64,000 nucleotides of DNA from a virus (taxonomy: Duplodnaviria; Caudoviricetes), in the IMG/VR virus record IMGVR_UViG_3300025392_000232, positions 1 to 64,000 of that record. One strand, given 5' to 3'. Below are positions 9,590-19,364 of this stretch, in pieces. Under the pieces are notes generated by a model. The model was not told the DNA's origin. It worked only from the letters and a program-made list of their open reading frames with translations, and did no database searches. The number at the start of each line of letters is the position of its first letter. The stretch's first letter is position 1. Both the position numbers and the translations under genes were made by a program.

Positions 9590-9762
9590 TCAGTTTTACC
9601 CCATTCAATTTTCAACCAGATTCTCTCGTGAAAATAGTGAACTGCGGTTAACACAATATGTATTAGTACTGCACTTGCAAGGCCAGTCCACAATGCAGTG
9701 ATTAACAATGCTATAACGCGATAGGTTATTGCCCTAACAACAGTTCTTTTATGTGTTTCCAT
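9586..9762 (-). CDS. DUF2061-like small membrane protein (58 aa)
   Basis: Hand-translated METHKRTVVRAITYR...YFHERIWLKIEWG. Confidence 0.7.
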   Translation of the reverse strand: METHKRTVVRAITYRVIALLITALWTGLASAVLIHIVLTAVHYFHERIWLKIEWGKTE

Positions 9763-10493
9763 TACTTGCTTTGTGCTGGGAGAATATATTCGTATTCAGC
9801 AATACCGCTGTCTACAGTAATTTGTAGTGCGCCAGCATCTGCAATACGGATAGTTTTATCACCGTTCAAGTTTAAAATGCTTTGAACTTGTGTAACAGGC
9901 CATGCCCAAGTCTGTCGTAGTTTACCTTCAACATTTGCTTGGAATACAAAAGAACCTGCGTGTGTGCTTGCATCACCAAAGCTGAATACCAAATTGCTGT
10001 CTTCTGTTTTAACTTGGAATGTAAGTTCTTCTGTATGAGCACTAGCTTGGAATTTTAATTTTTGGATACTAGCCATTGCTGGTGTAAACTCGATGTCCCA
10101 CTTGGCACCCTTATACTTAACCGACTTTAGCTTTTCATTAATGATGTCGCTATTCATAAAGCGATAGTCATTTTCAAAGTCGCCAGCACCGTTTTGGAAG
10201 TGTAGTCCTGTTGGAATAACTTCTCCATTACGTTCTTGCTTAACTACATTAATAGTGTAGTTTTCTTTGTACTCTGGGCACTTCAAGTGAATATCTAACT
10301 TGTTTAAGTTAGGCATACCAAATACGCCTTCGAAATCTTCAACAGGAGTTTTTGATTTAGCATTTAAAATAACGCTACGATCTTCTGCCATCGATTCGAT
10401 TTTTGTTTCTTCTTCTGTTGCGGTTACTTTAACTAAAGGCAAAAAGCCCAAGCTATGTGTATGTGCTACTAGGTCTTGTAAAAAGTCTTTCAT
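9762..10493 (-). CDS. Sliding clamp (T4 gp45-like)
   Basis: About 243 aa with a clamp-like beta/alpha pattern, next to the polymerase; start after GGAGAATCAT. Confidence 0.7.
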   Translation of the reverse strand: MKDFLQDLVAHTHSLGFLPLVKVTATEEETKIESMAEDRSVILNAKSKTPVEDFEGVFGMPNLNKLDIHLKCPEYKENYTINVVKQERNGEVIPTGLHFQNGAGDFENDYRFMNSDIINEKLKSVKYKGAKWDIEFTPAMASIQKLKFQASAHTEELTFQVKTEDSNLVFSFGDASTHAGSFVFQANVEGKLRQTWAWPVTQVQSILNLNGDKTIRIADAGALQITVDSGIAEYEYILPAQSK

Positions 10494-10513
10494 ATGATTC
10501 TCCATGTTTGTTT

Positions 10514-10541
10514 ATTATATAGGTTTTTCTGACAATGTCAA
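10514..10541 (-). promoter_or_regulatory. sigma70-like promoter
   Basis: TTGACA-16-TATAAT upstream of the clamp gene. Confidence 0.65.
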
Positions 10542-11314
10542 GGATTTTTCCTAACCTTTTTGTTATATTTGATAGCGGATTCTACCAATGTATGTGATTG
10601 ATTCATCCGATCTGAATAGTGCATATAGGCATTTGTATCTTTTGGAAAACATGCACCACCAAAGCCTCGCTTACCATCCGGGCCGGGAACTAGCGTATGA
10701 CTATTTCCAATACGGTTATCGTGTACTAGTACTTGTCTAACTATGTTAAAGTCGGCACCATTTTGTTCACAAATATCGTAAAGTTGGTTAAAGAATGAAA
10801 CCTTGAGACTTAGAAAACAGTTAGTAGCATATTTGATTGTGCTAGCCTCTGCAATGCTAGTGTTGAATACTAGTTTACAGTCAGGCAATGCTTTTTTAAA
10901 TATACTATGCCAAAATCCTTCTGGATCCTCTCCACCGATTACCATATACCTTTGTTCGGCAAAATCTTTTACAGCAGTGGCCGCACGTAAAAATTCTGGA
11001 CTGTAACAGATAGAATGATGCTCGTATTTTTTTACAAGTTTTTCTAAATAGTCTGGCGGAACAGTAGATTTAATTAATATAGGTACATGAATCGGAGTAT
11101 TATCTAAAACATTTATAACCTGGCTGATGTCGCAATCCCCGACAGCATCACTAGGAGTACCTACACATATAATGATACCATCTGCATATTTGAAATCGCT
11201 TATTTGATTATCGTTTATTTTAGGATCTACTATGTGTACAGCCGTTGTACTCTTAAGGCTTTCGACGACTGCCTTACCTACAAATCCATATCCTGCAATT
11301 ATAATTTCTTTCAT
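10538..11314 (-). CDS. UDP-glucose/GDP-mannose 6-dehydrogenase (short phage type)
   Basis: GYGFVG, ICVGTP, KSTVPP, PEFL, catalytic GFGGACFPKD; lacks the C-terminal domain. Confidence 0.88.
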   Translation of the reverse strand: MKEIIIAGYGFVGKAVVESLKSTTAVHIVDPKINDNQISDFKYADGIIICVGTPSDAVGDCDISQVINVLDNTPIHVPILIKSTVPPDYLEKLVKKYEHHSICYSPEFLRAATAVKDFAEQRYMVIGGEDPEGFWHSIFKKALPDCKLVFNTSIAEASTIKYATNCFLSLKVSFFNQLYDICEQNGADFNIVRQVLVHDNRIGNSHTLVPGPDGKRGFGGACFPKDTNAYMHYSDRMNQSHTLVESAIKYNKKVRKNP

Positions 11315-11315
11315 A

Positions 11316-13985
11316 TTAAAACTCGAATAAACTGTTAAAAGTATTTTTCTCTTCGGTACTGGTAATGTCCCAATTTAATACACCGATTAAATTATCTAAC
11401 TTATTATCAATAATTGTCTGCTCCATTTCAGCATGGTCAAATGGAAGATCTTTAAACCATTGAGGCAATCTTAGTTCGTCTACCGGATATGCAACACTGG
11501 TGAATCCTAACGGATTAGGTTTAAGTTTACAAACAATAACTTTTGCACCATCGGTAATTGCCAGACTGTACTTGTCGTTATACATACGCTTTAGTGTATT
11601 CCAGTTGATACTAGCACGAACATGTCCTGGCATGTTAGCTTTACCTTGCTTTACTTCCTTACCTTGATATTCGGTAATCTTGTTAGCACGTTTAGGACTA
11701 CCCTTTTCCCAGCCAGGTCTAGCTTTGAACTTGATTCGGAATTCACTAACAGCATCTAAAACTTCTTGTTCTGGCTTGCCCATCAATACCATTTCAAGAA
11801 TATCACTCAAGAAGTTTTGAATAAATTCTGGAGTATCACTACGCTTGAGATCTAATCCCATGGCCTTGATCTTGCCCGGTTTGCCATCTACATCAGTACG
11901 CTTGCCTTCTTTATCATAGTACAATACTGCATAACGTTTTTTAGTAATGAATAAACTCTTACTACCTACAATCTCACGACCAGCTTTGATAACTTCGCCA
12001 CGTGCCTTAGGTACATGAAATGTATCTAACATAAACTGTGGGAATGTAGTATTAACTTCTTCACCGATTTGGTCATACAATTGAATTACACTTTCTCTAG
12101 TCCAAGGTATAAGACCTTTATCGATATCTTTTTGTAATGTCTTGTAAGCACTAAAATAACAAGAGTCTGTATCACCATAGATAACTGCTTTGCCACGATA
12201 GTCATACTCGCCAGCAATAATCTCGTTCACCTTACCCGCCATATGTTTAACAATTTGACGGCCTGTGAGAGTAGTACTTTGTCCAATGCGTTTATCAAAG
12301 AAGCGACAACCACTGTTAAGAATAGCACCATACAAACTGTTCAAGTTAATTTTCTTAACTAGTTGTCGTTTGTCCCAATATTCTTCTTCAACTTTGTTCC
12401 CTGCCTTGATTGCATCTTTTAACTTGGCTTGCATTTCTTTACGTTCAGCGTACCAACGTTTTAATAAACCTGGAATGATACCTTCTTTCTCATAAGTGAA
12501 AATTGTGCCGTTAGCACTTAATACCCAAGGCTGATTACTTTCAAAAATTAATCTATATACTTCTGCCGCACTTAGAATATCACTATCTCCGTTCTCCCAA
12601 TCAATAGTAATATCAGTGCCAATCTCTTGATTCATAACGGCTGTATATTCTAACGAACCAAAGATACCTTCCCAAGCCGCCGCAAAACTTTTACCTTTAG
12701 CCATTTGTGCGTCAATATATTCTTCGGTCATTGTTTGACGTAGCTGACCGATAATAGTTTCTGGCCCCATGTTTAACGCACGAATAGCTGACGGGTACAG
12801 TGAGTTAATATCTAACGATCCAATCCAGTCATGTATACCTTCTTTAGGATAAGCAACATACGCACCAGCGGCCGCAGTATTTTCTTCGCGATCGCTCATT
12901 TTAGTTCTATTAGGAACTTGGAAACCTCGGCGATGTGACTCGTTAATAATAGCCTGTTCAGTAACAGCCACGGCACCCATTGTTGTTTGTAACAATACAG
13001 TATTTTCATGTGCCAGTGTGTTGGCAAGATCCATAAATTTTAATTTTTTATCTAAATCGTCTAGGAGTTTACAGTCGTTAATGTTATATTCGACAAATGT
13101 ACGGAAGTCATTGTTGTATAATTGATCTAGTGTACCTTCGTATTGTGTTTTACGTTGACCTAGTTCATATTCAGCAATAGCATCTAGTCGATATGAATGA
13201 CGTTCTTCGTATGTGTATTTGCGATATAGTTCAAGATAGTCTAAATGTACTCGACCAATGTAGTCATATGTAGTACTAGTACGACCATATTTTTCATATT
13301 CACGTTTCTTTGGTAATTGATCAAACAAACAGAAACGTCTTGTATCCTCTTTGCTCAATACTTTGATTACACGATTGGTAGTATAGGGAATATCAAAGCC
13401 TTCTGAGTTCCAACCACTGATAATATCTGCATCTTTAATTAGATCTAAGAACATATCTAGCAAGTCTGCTTCGTTATCAAACAAATATGTATTGGGAAAG
13501 TCTTTGATCATTTCCTTGGCATCTTCCATCTTAAGTTTCTTAGGAGGAATAGCCAAGCATACCATTGTTTCTAACCATTGTAGGTAGACAGCAATCGCAG
13601 TAATTGGCATGAACGCATCGTCCGGACTAGCATAGCCACGCTCTGGATCAAAGTCTACCTCAATATCGAAAAACGCTACATTCAGTTTAGGAGCATCTTG
13701 ATTTAAGTAGTGTTCGCTTAAGGTTGTAAAGATTGGATTAATGTCCGATTCAAACATTTCCTTGCCACTGTTAATGGCTTGTTCTTTGCGTAGTTCTTTT
13801 GTGTTCTTACAGACAATGCGAGTTAGTGCATCTCCGTAGATTGATTGAAATTTGCCGCGTGGGTCTTTAACATAAAATGTATGACGTACAGGAATGTCTC
13901 TAAATTCCCTATCGCCTTTCTTATTGCGTTCGACTACTTTAACGATATCGTTTTCGCGGTCAAACCATGCGTCTACATACGACAT
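11316..13985 (-). CDS. Family B DNA polymerase (T4 gp43-like)
   Basis: Exonuclease DIE, GWNSEGFD, YNIND; polymerase DINSLYPS, KINLNSLYG, YGDTDS; clamp-binding tail NSLFEF. Confidence 0.97.
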   Translation of the reverse strand: MSYVDAWFDRENDIVKVVERNKKGDREFRDIPVRHTFYVKDPRGKFQSIYGDALTRIVCKNTKELRKEQAINSGKEMFESDINPIFTTLSEHYLNQDAPKLNVAFFDIEVDFDPERGYASPDDAFMPITAIAVYLQWLETMVCLAIPPKKLKMEDAKEMIKDFPNTYLFDNEADLLDMFLDLIKDADIISGWNSEGFDIPYTTNRVIKVLSKEDTRRFCLFDQLPKKREYEKYGRTSTTYDYIGRVHLDYLELYRKYTYEERHSYRLDAIAEYELGQRKTQYEGTLDQLYNNDFRTFVEYNINDCKLLDDLDKKLKFMDLANTLAHENTVLLQTTMGAVAVTEQAIINESHRRGFQVPNRTKMSDREENTAAAGAYVAYPKEGIHDWIGSLDINSLYPSAIRALNMGPETIIGQLRQTMTEEYIDAQMAKGKSFAAAWEGIFGSLEYTAVMNQEIGTDITIDWENGDSDILSAAEVYRLIFESNQPWVLSANGTIFTYEKEGIIPGLLKRWYAERKEMQAKLKDAIKAGNKVEEEYWDKRQLVKKINLNSLYGAILNSGCRFFDKRIGQSTTLTGRQIVKHMAGKVNEIIAGEYDYRGKAVIYGDTDSCYFSAYKTLQKDIDKGLIPWTRESVIQLYDQIGEEVNTTFPQFMLDTFHVPKARGEVIKAGREIVGSKSLFITKKRYAVLYYDKEGKRTDVDGKPGKIKAMGLDLKRSDTPEFIQNFLSDILEMVLMGKPEQEVLDAVSEFRIKFKARPGWEKGSPKRANKITEYQGKEVKQGKANMPGHVRASINWNTLKRMYNDKYSLAITDGAKVIVCKLKPNPLGFTSVAYPVDELRLPQWFKDLPFDHAEMEQTIIDNKLDNLIGVLNWDITSTEEKNTFNSLFEF

Positions 13986-13999
13986 AAATTTTCTTCTCC

Positions 14000-14054
14000 T
14001 TTGTCATTTGAGGCTGACAAATACCTTCACGCGGTTTATGGCCCGCCGACCTTT
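14000..14054 (-). promoter_or_regulatory. Tandem hairpin element in the polymerase 5' leader (candidate translational operator)
   Basis: GCGG-GCCAUAAA-CCGC and UUUGUCA-GCCUCAAA-UGACAAA, each preceded by AAGGU, abutting SD AGGAG. Confidence 0.55.
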
Positions 14055-14068
14055 CTTTATATACTTAT

Positions 14069-14326
14069 TTAGATACGTTTGGTAATATCTAAAATTGCTT
14101 CAATTTCTTCCCAATCAGAATTATGAGCTTGCCAATCACCTTTGTGGGCAATCTTAATTGCTTTGTTAATAACACTGGGTTTGATTTGCAGTTCTTCTGC
14201 AACTGCTTTGACAGTTTCTTTAAGACCTTCTGTTAAGTCTTCTACTTCACGAAGTACTGTAGAGCCTTCGCTAATTAATCTTTCTAATTTTGCCTTTTCT
14301 TCTGCACCGTAACTGCGTCCTGACAT
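14069..14326 (-). CDS. dsDNA-binding protein (T4 DsbA-like)
   Basis: 85-aa helical protein, LKETVKAVAEEL.IKPS.INKAIKIAHK. Confidence 0.65.
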   Translation of the reverse strand: MSGRSYGAEEKAKLERLISEGSTVLREVEDLTEGLKETVKAVAEELQIKPSVINKAIKIAHKGDWQAHNSDWEEIEAILDITKRI

Positions 14327-14349
14327 GTAAATCTCCTAGTAATATGCCT

Positions 14350-14378
14350 ATTGTATAGTAATTATGCCTAAAGGTCAA
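14350..14378 (-). promoter_or_regulatory. sigma70-like promoter with direct repeats
   Basis: TTGACC-17-TACAAT; TAGGCATA(A)TTACTA occurs twice. Confidence 0.6.
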
Positions 14379-14404
14379 TAGCTAAAAAATTTTATTTAAT
14401 CAAA

Positions 14405-16747
14405 TTATTGAGTAGGGTAACGCTCTGGGTGTTTGCGAGGATCTGGATTATTAGGTGTGTCCATACCTACTTGTCCTGCTCGATAGCTTTGTTGTTGTTT
14501 GTTAGGAGTATAGCTTTTTACGTTGGATGGTTCATCATCTAGAGCTTTATCTAGTTTTTCCATTCCAAAGTTAATTCCAATATTAGTTAATGCGGCTGGT
14601 AATCCATCTTTGACTAATATACTTGCAAATCTTGCCAGTTCGGCTGCATTCAATTTATATAAAGCAATAGCAAGTTTTTTAGTAGCAATCATCATCGATG
14701 GCACATCTGGTAAGAAAAGTCTTAGTGCTTTGATTACTTTACTAAGAACACTAGCAATTCTTTCAACAGAAGGCCATGCTTTGACAATAGCTATTCCAGG
14801 GCCAGCACCTAATGTTTCTGGCCCTGTGAGAACGCTTGTAATAAATGATGCAGATACAATTCCAAGGTCATTGATTAAATCTAAGTATGTGTAATATTTA
14901 AAATCTGCAAAAACTGGAGTTTGTAATTTATCCCATATAGTGGATAACATGGCTGTCGATACTGCTATGCCTCCAGCATCTGTTGCAATTTTTGGTAGAT
15001 AGCCGATGTTATCTTCAGCTACTTTTTTTTTGACTGATGTTACTGAACACTTGGGTACAGACATGCCGTTTTTAATTTGTGTACCAGTTTGTGTTTGCCC
15101 TGCACGACACACACTTGTTTTTGCTTTAGGCTTAACTATTTTTGATGCAGTAGGCTTCGAAGCCTTGATTGATGGCATTACAGCTTCACCAATGTGTTTG
15201 TCTATGTTGCGACTTCTACGTCCACCTTGTTTGCGTATTTTAGCCAATTCTGCAATGCCATGTTCAATTAAACGCATATTATCAGCTAGTTCTGGAAACT
15301 GACGAGCAATAGATTCCCATACGATTAATTCGTTACTATCAACACGGCTTGCTAAATCTTTTATTTGAGCACGAGCTCTCATAATACGATATTCAATGGT
15401 TCCAGGATTAAGTCCAGGCAAACCGACATCTGTTTGAATAGGATTTGCTGTATTTAATTTCCCCAACGGCATTTCATCAATAACTGTATCAATCATACCC
15501 GGCCCAACACCGCCGGTAAATCCCATACTATGTCCAGGAATTTCATTTTCATTTAATCCTGGGATAGGATGTAGTCCATGCGGCACATGTCCGTTCCAAT
15601 GCTGTGTATTATGATGTTTAGAAGGCAAATCTCTAACTGCATTAGGTTCAGCTAGTTCGCAATGTTTTGTATGATGATGAAAAATTGTACTACCACAATC
15701 ATAGCAAGGATAGTTGTCTAACGGACTTTCTTCTCTGCGATCTCGATTAAAATCAAACTCGTTTACAACTTTCTTTTTGCCCTTCATTGCGTTACTTAAC
15801 AATGCAGTGCCTTTATCTTTCTTATTAAATTCTTTAGCAACTGATTGTTTGATGCCTACTTTCTTAGCAAACTCTGGATTGTGTGCTGCCGCTGCCATAG
15901 TACGTGCTTGTTTTTCAGTAGTACTTACTTCGTTGACTGTGCTTTCTTTAGGTACGCAGTTAGGAACCATCTTACGTCCCTTCTTTTTCATACCTACTTG
16001 CTTGTACTTGTCCCAACAGGCTTCGTCTAAACTTTCTTTCATCAAGACACGTTCAGCAATGATACTGGCATATTGATTGATTAGCTGACGCTTTTCAGTT
16101 TTTTCACTAGTTAATTCTTCTTCTACTTCTTTAAAATATTTACGGATAACACTATCGCGCCCAACAGGTTTATGTGTAGATTCTTCTTTTTGATAGTGTT
16201 GCATTGCCATCTGAACTGGCAAACTAACTTTGTGCGGATTAGCACCTTCGTTAAGAATACTAACATCGTTCTTTTTAACTATAGATAAAAATTTATCTAG
16301 ACTATTTTCTTGTACTGGAGTTCCAACAGGCTGATTAATATCATTAATGCTAGGGCCTTGATAAGGTTTATCAGCACCACCTACTATTTGTGACATTTCT
16401 TCTGGACTTTTTTGTAATTCTTTAGGTAAACGTGCATTGGCCGCATTTATGTTTGCTTGTACAGTTTTACTAATATCTACACCTTGTACTAATGGTGTAA
16501 ATGTAACAGGTAATGGTGCTATACCTGGCCCGAATGACATAGTTGGTGGTAATGTTGATTTGTTATACAAGCCAGAACTAAATCTAATATATTCAGATGC
16601 TTGCTCTTTAGGATCACCGTATTGCGGAGTTGATTGATTAATGTCTGCTTCGCTAACCACACGAAGAAACTTTGCCATGTCATTAGCACCTGCTACAGGC
16701 TTAGTAGCAACGCCATCCATCGCCTGTAGTATGCGCTTCATATCCAT
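14405..16747 (-). CDS. Modular hypothetical protein (probable head-internal polyprotein)
   Basis: Short modules (CWDKY..PNCVP, KQARTMAAAAH, CYDC..H..C) separated by [LIV]xE sites. Confidence 0.7.
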   Translation of the reverse strand: MDMKRILQAMDGVATKPVAGANDMAKFLRVVSEADINQSTPQYGDPKEQASEYIRFSSGLYNKSTLPPTMSFGPGIAPLPVTFTPLVQGVDISKTVQANINAANARLPKELQKSPEEMSQIVGGADKPYQGPSINDINQPVGTPVQENSLDKFLSIVKKNDVSILNEGANPHKVSLPVQMAMQHYQKEESTHKPVGRDSVIRKYFKEVEEELTSEKTEKRQLINQYASIIAERVLMKESLDEACWDKYKQVGMKKKGRKMVPNCVPKESTVNEVSTTEKQARTMAAAAHNPEFAKKVGIKQSVAKEFNKKDKGTALLSNAMKGKKKVVNEFDFNRDRREESPLDNYPCYDCGSTIFHHHTKHCELAEPNAVRDLPSKHHNTQHWNGHVPHGLHPIPGLNENEIPGHSMGFTGGVGPGMIDTVIDEMPLGKLNTANPIQTDVGLPGLNPGTIEYRIMRARAQIKDLASRVDSNELIVWESIARQFPELADNMRLIEHGIAELAKIRKQGGRRSRNIDKHIGEAVMPSIKASKPTASKIVKPKAKTSVCRAGQTQTGTQIKNGMSVPKCSVTSVKKKVAEDNIGYLPKIATDAGGIAVSTAMLSTIWDKLQTPVFADFKYYTYLDLINDLGIVSASFITSVLTGPETLGAGPGIAIVKAWPSVERIASVLSKVIKALRLFLPDVPSMMIATKKLAIALYKLNAAELARFASILVKDGLPAALTNIGINFGMEKLDKALDDEPSNVKSYTPNKQQQSYRAGQVGMDTPNNPDPRKHPERYPTQ

Positions 16748-16753
16748 TGGAGT

Positions 16754-18436
16754 TTATCCCAATAGACGTTTTGTCAATGCACGGATTTGATCAACTTCGC
16801 GGTTTTCAACTAGTGCTGGCTTTTCATTACGATTCAACCGAGCCATTTGTTCTTGCATACGTGTAAGTTCAGAAGACTCGTTAACAGTTTCTTTCTTAGC
16901 ACGTAGTTTAGCTAAGTCATCACCGTCAATTTTACCATTCTTGTTTACATCAATTTTTTCTTGATTGCCTGGCAAGTTTTTAGTTGCGGCTTTCTTTTCG
17001 GCCATATAAGCAACGGTTTCTTTCATGTTCTTCCACATAGCGGCTGCGGCAATCTTTTCGCCCTTTTCGCCACCGCCAGCTTTCTTAGCTAGCTTATCAA
17101 AACCTTTACCTGGTTTACCAATGTCGCCACCTGCTTTAGCTTTCTTAACTACAGCAGATTTTTTCTCTTTGCTTAGACCTGCGCTTGGTTTACCGCCTTC
17201 TGCTACACCTTCTTTAACGCCAAAGTCTTGTGGCATTCCGCACCACCCACGTATAGTTGTGCTTAATATATTACCTTGTTCATCAAAACGGAAATGTTTC
17301 TTATAAGGAGTTTTGCAACTGCTACAAGGAGTATTAGGGTCTACAGGATATCCTGGATGTCCATCTTCATTTAAACTTTTGTTATTCTTGCCGCCTTTTT
17401 CATCTTTACCAAGACGTCCAGCGATAACATCACCGCGTGTAATCTTATCATATGGTTTAGCATTGTTGGCTAGGTTACCGTCGCCTTTCTTTTTAGCTTC
17501 GTAAACACCTTGATCTGTAGACTCTTCTTTCTTGCCAAACTTCTCTCCGCCTTTCATACCCCAAGTGTTACCTGTATGCTTAGGTAATTTGATATCATTA
17601 CCTTTTTCAGCTTTCTTAGTAGCAGAATCTTTAGCCTTGGCATGTGACTTAACACCTTTACCTGATTTGGCAATTGAATCTAACTCATCGCCGCCGTCAT
17701 CGTAAGTCGATGATGGACGCTCGTGCTTTAAACCTTTTTCAGTTTTAGTTACTGTGTTACCTTTGTGGGTTTTAGTGGAGTCACCAGTCTTCTTTAAAGA
17801 ATCAAAGTCTTCAGATACTTCTTCGTCATCTGGAATACCATTGTGATTCTTGTCTAGACGCTTACTAGCGGCATGGAATGCCTTGGCTTGTTTGTTGTAT
17901 TTTTCAACTTTGGATTTAACATGATCGGGAATTGCTTTTGGCTCTTCATACATCATACCTGTTCCGCCACATTCTGAACAAGGACGTTCGCCACCACTTA
18001 GAATGCCTTCTTCTATTTTCTTTTCTTTAACTTTTTCAGCTTGGGTCTTTTTAAGATCTTTCATCTTATCTTTAGCTTCAGCTAATAATTCTTTGATCTT
18101 CATTTTTTGTCCTTCGCTTAATGTGTCGCTATTATCTAAATGATGAGCATACTCAGTAAACTTCATTTCATATTCTAAATAATGGTATACGCTGGCAATG
18201 TAGTCAGCGGCTTTGGTAATCTTAGCCTGTACCCAAGATTCTAATTGATCTTGATCACTTAGTTGTTGATACAATTTGTGTGAATAGTTGGCTAGTTTAT
18301 ATAAATCTGCTTTAGCCATTGCACCTTCACGATCGCTATCGCCGTGTGCTCCGATTGGATCAGATGATCCTAACTCTGGTTGGTATTCGGCTGAGGCGTC
18401 TGTTTGTGGTCTTGTGTTGTCTAAATCTGCTGGCAT
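16754..18436 (-). CDS. Modular Lys-rich hypothetical protein (probable head-internal polyprotein)
   Basis: WVQAKITKAADY module, CxxC Zn motifs, EF-hand-like DVNKNGKIDGDD; [LIV]xE linkers. Confidence 0.7.
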   Translation of the reverse strand: MPADLDNTRPQTDASAEYQPELGSSDPIGAHGDSDREGAMAKADLYKLANYSHKLYQQLSDQDQLESWVQAKITKAADYIASVYHYLEYEMKFTEYAHHLDNSDTLSEGQKMKIKELLAEAKDKMKDLKKTQAEKVKEKKIEEGILSGGERPCSECGGTGMMYEEPKAIPDHVKSKVEKYNKQAKAFHAASKRLDKNHNGIPDDEEVSEDFDSLKKTGDSTKTHKGNTVTKTEKGLKHERPSSTYDDGGDELDSIAKSGKGVKSHAKAKDSATKKAEKGNDIKLPKHTGNTWGMKGGEKFGKKEESTDQGVYEAKKKGDGNLANNAKPYDKITRGDVIAGRLGKDEKGGKNNKSLNEDGHPGYPVDPNTPCSSCKTPYKKHFRFDEQGNILSTTIRGWCGMPQDFGVKEGVAEGGKPSAGLSKEKKSAVVKKAKAGGDIGKPGKGFDKLAKKAGGGEKGEKIAAAAMWKNMKETVAYMAEKKAATKNLPGNQEKIDVNKNGKIDGDDLAKLRAKKETVNESSELTRMQEQMARLNRNEKPALVENREVDQIRALTKRLLG

Positions 18437-18462
18437 GAGTATACTCCGTTTTCTATATATAT

Positions 18463-19128
18463 TTAGCGTCTTTTGATGATAGCGGCTTTCTTACCGGACG
18501 CTTTTTTCATACTTTCCATAGGTGCTCCGAACAGGCTTACATCATCTTGATCTAATGCATTAACACTTTTTACTGGCTTGCTATTAGCATTATTCGCATA
18601 ATTTGGGTTTGCAACAGTAGCTATGTTAGCACTACTTGTAGCACCTACAGATGCTGATTCACCTAGCGGAACATGAACATAAACTATCGAATGTCCATGA
18701 CGATTTTTACCATCGTCTTTTACTTTATCTTTACCGTATTTTTTTACAGCTTCTTCGTAACTTAGACTAGTCTGCTTCCAGCGTAGGCTTTTTGGATCTT
18801 CAATTTTGCCATTAATATGACTAGTTTCTTCTAATGATTTATGTACAGTAGCACCCTTAATTTTTTTAGCAACATTACTAGCATGGCCATGAGAACCAAA
18901 TGTCTTCCATTTTTTACCGTTAATATGTACATCGTGCGGAACATCTATTTGGTGTTGACGATGTCTACGAGGATCGCCAGCACCAATTCTATCATGTGCC
19001 GCACTGTAATCCCATGAATCTTCGCCTTCATCGTTACCAGGAGCAAGGCTCATGCCGCTGTCATCGTAACCGTGTCTATTTTCCACTAGTTCTTTAGGAC
19101 TAAATCCTGTTAAATCTTTAATATTCAT
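18463..19128 (-). CDS. Hypothetical protein, probable internal head protein
   Basis: MNIKDL...LVE leader; ESASVGATSSANIA module. Confidence 0.65.
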   Translation of the reverse strand: MNIKDLTGFSPKELVENRHGYDDSGMSLAPGNDEGEDSWDYSAAHDRIGAGDPRRHRQHQIDVPHDVHINGKKWKTFGSHGHASNVAKKIKGATVHKSLEETSHINGKIEDPKSLRWKQTSLSYEEAVKKYGKDKVKDDGKNRHGHSIVYVHVPLGESASVGATSSANIATVANPNYANNANSKPVKSVNALDQDDVSLFGAPMESMKKASGKKAAIIKRR

Positions 19129-19364
19129 CGTGTTCTTCCTCTAAAACCTGGACTGCCAGGGATGTATGCGGTTTCACCGCCCATAAACTTTGGCAAACTA
19201 AACCACAATTTAAACCATTCGTCTGTACCAGGTTGTATGTTTTGCTCTCGTTCTATAATCTTTTTCTCTGTACCAGTTATACTGATATTACTTCCGCTAT
19301 AAGGTTGCAGTCCTGCATATTCAGTAATACCTGCTAACTTCTTAAGACGTGCTAAATCATCCAT
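19125..19364 (-). CDS. Small conserved phage protein
   Basis: LKKLAGITE leader; IQPGTDEWFKLWF. Confidence 0.7.
   Translation of the reverse strand: MDDLARLKKLAGITEYAGLQPYSGSNISITGTEKKIIEREQNIQPGTDEWFKLWFSLPKFMGGETAYIPGSPGFRGRTR

Noticed and set aside
11316-13985. Intein or intron in the DNA polymerase
   Set aside because: Continuous 889-aa ORF with normal motif order; no splice-junction or homing-endonuclease motifs seen.
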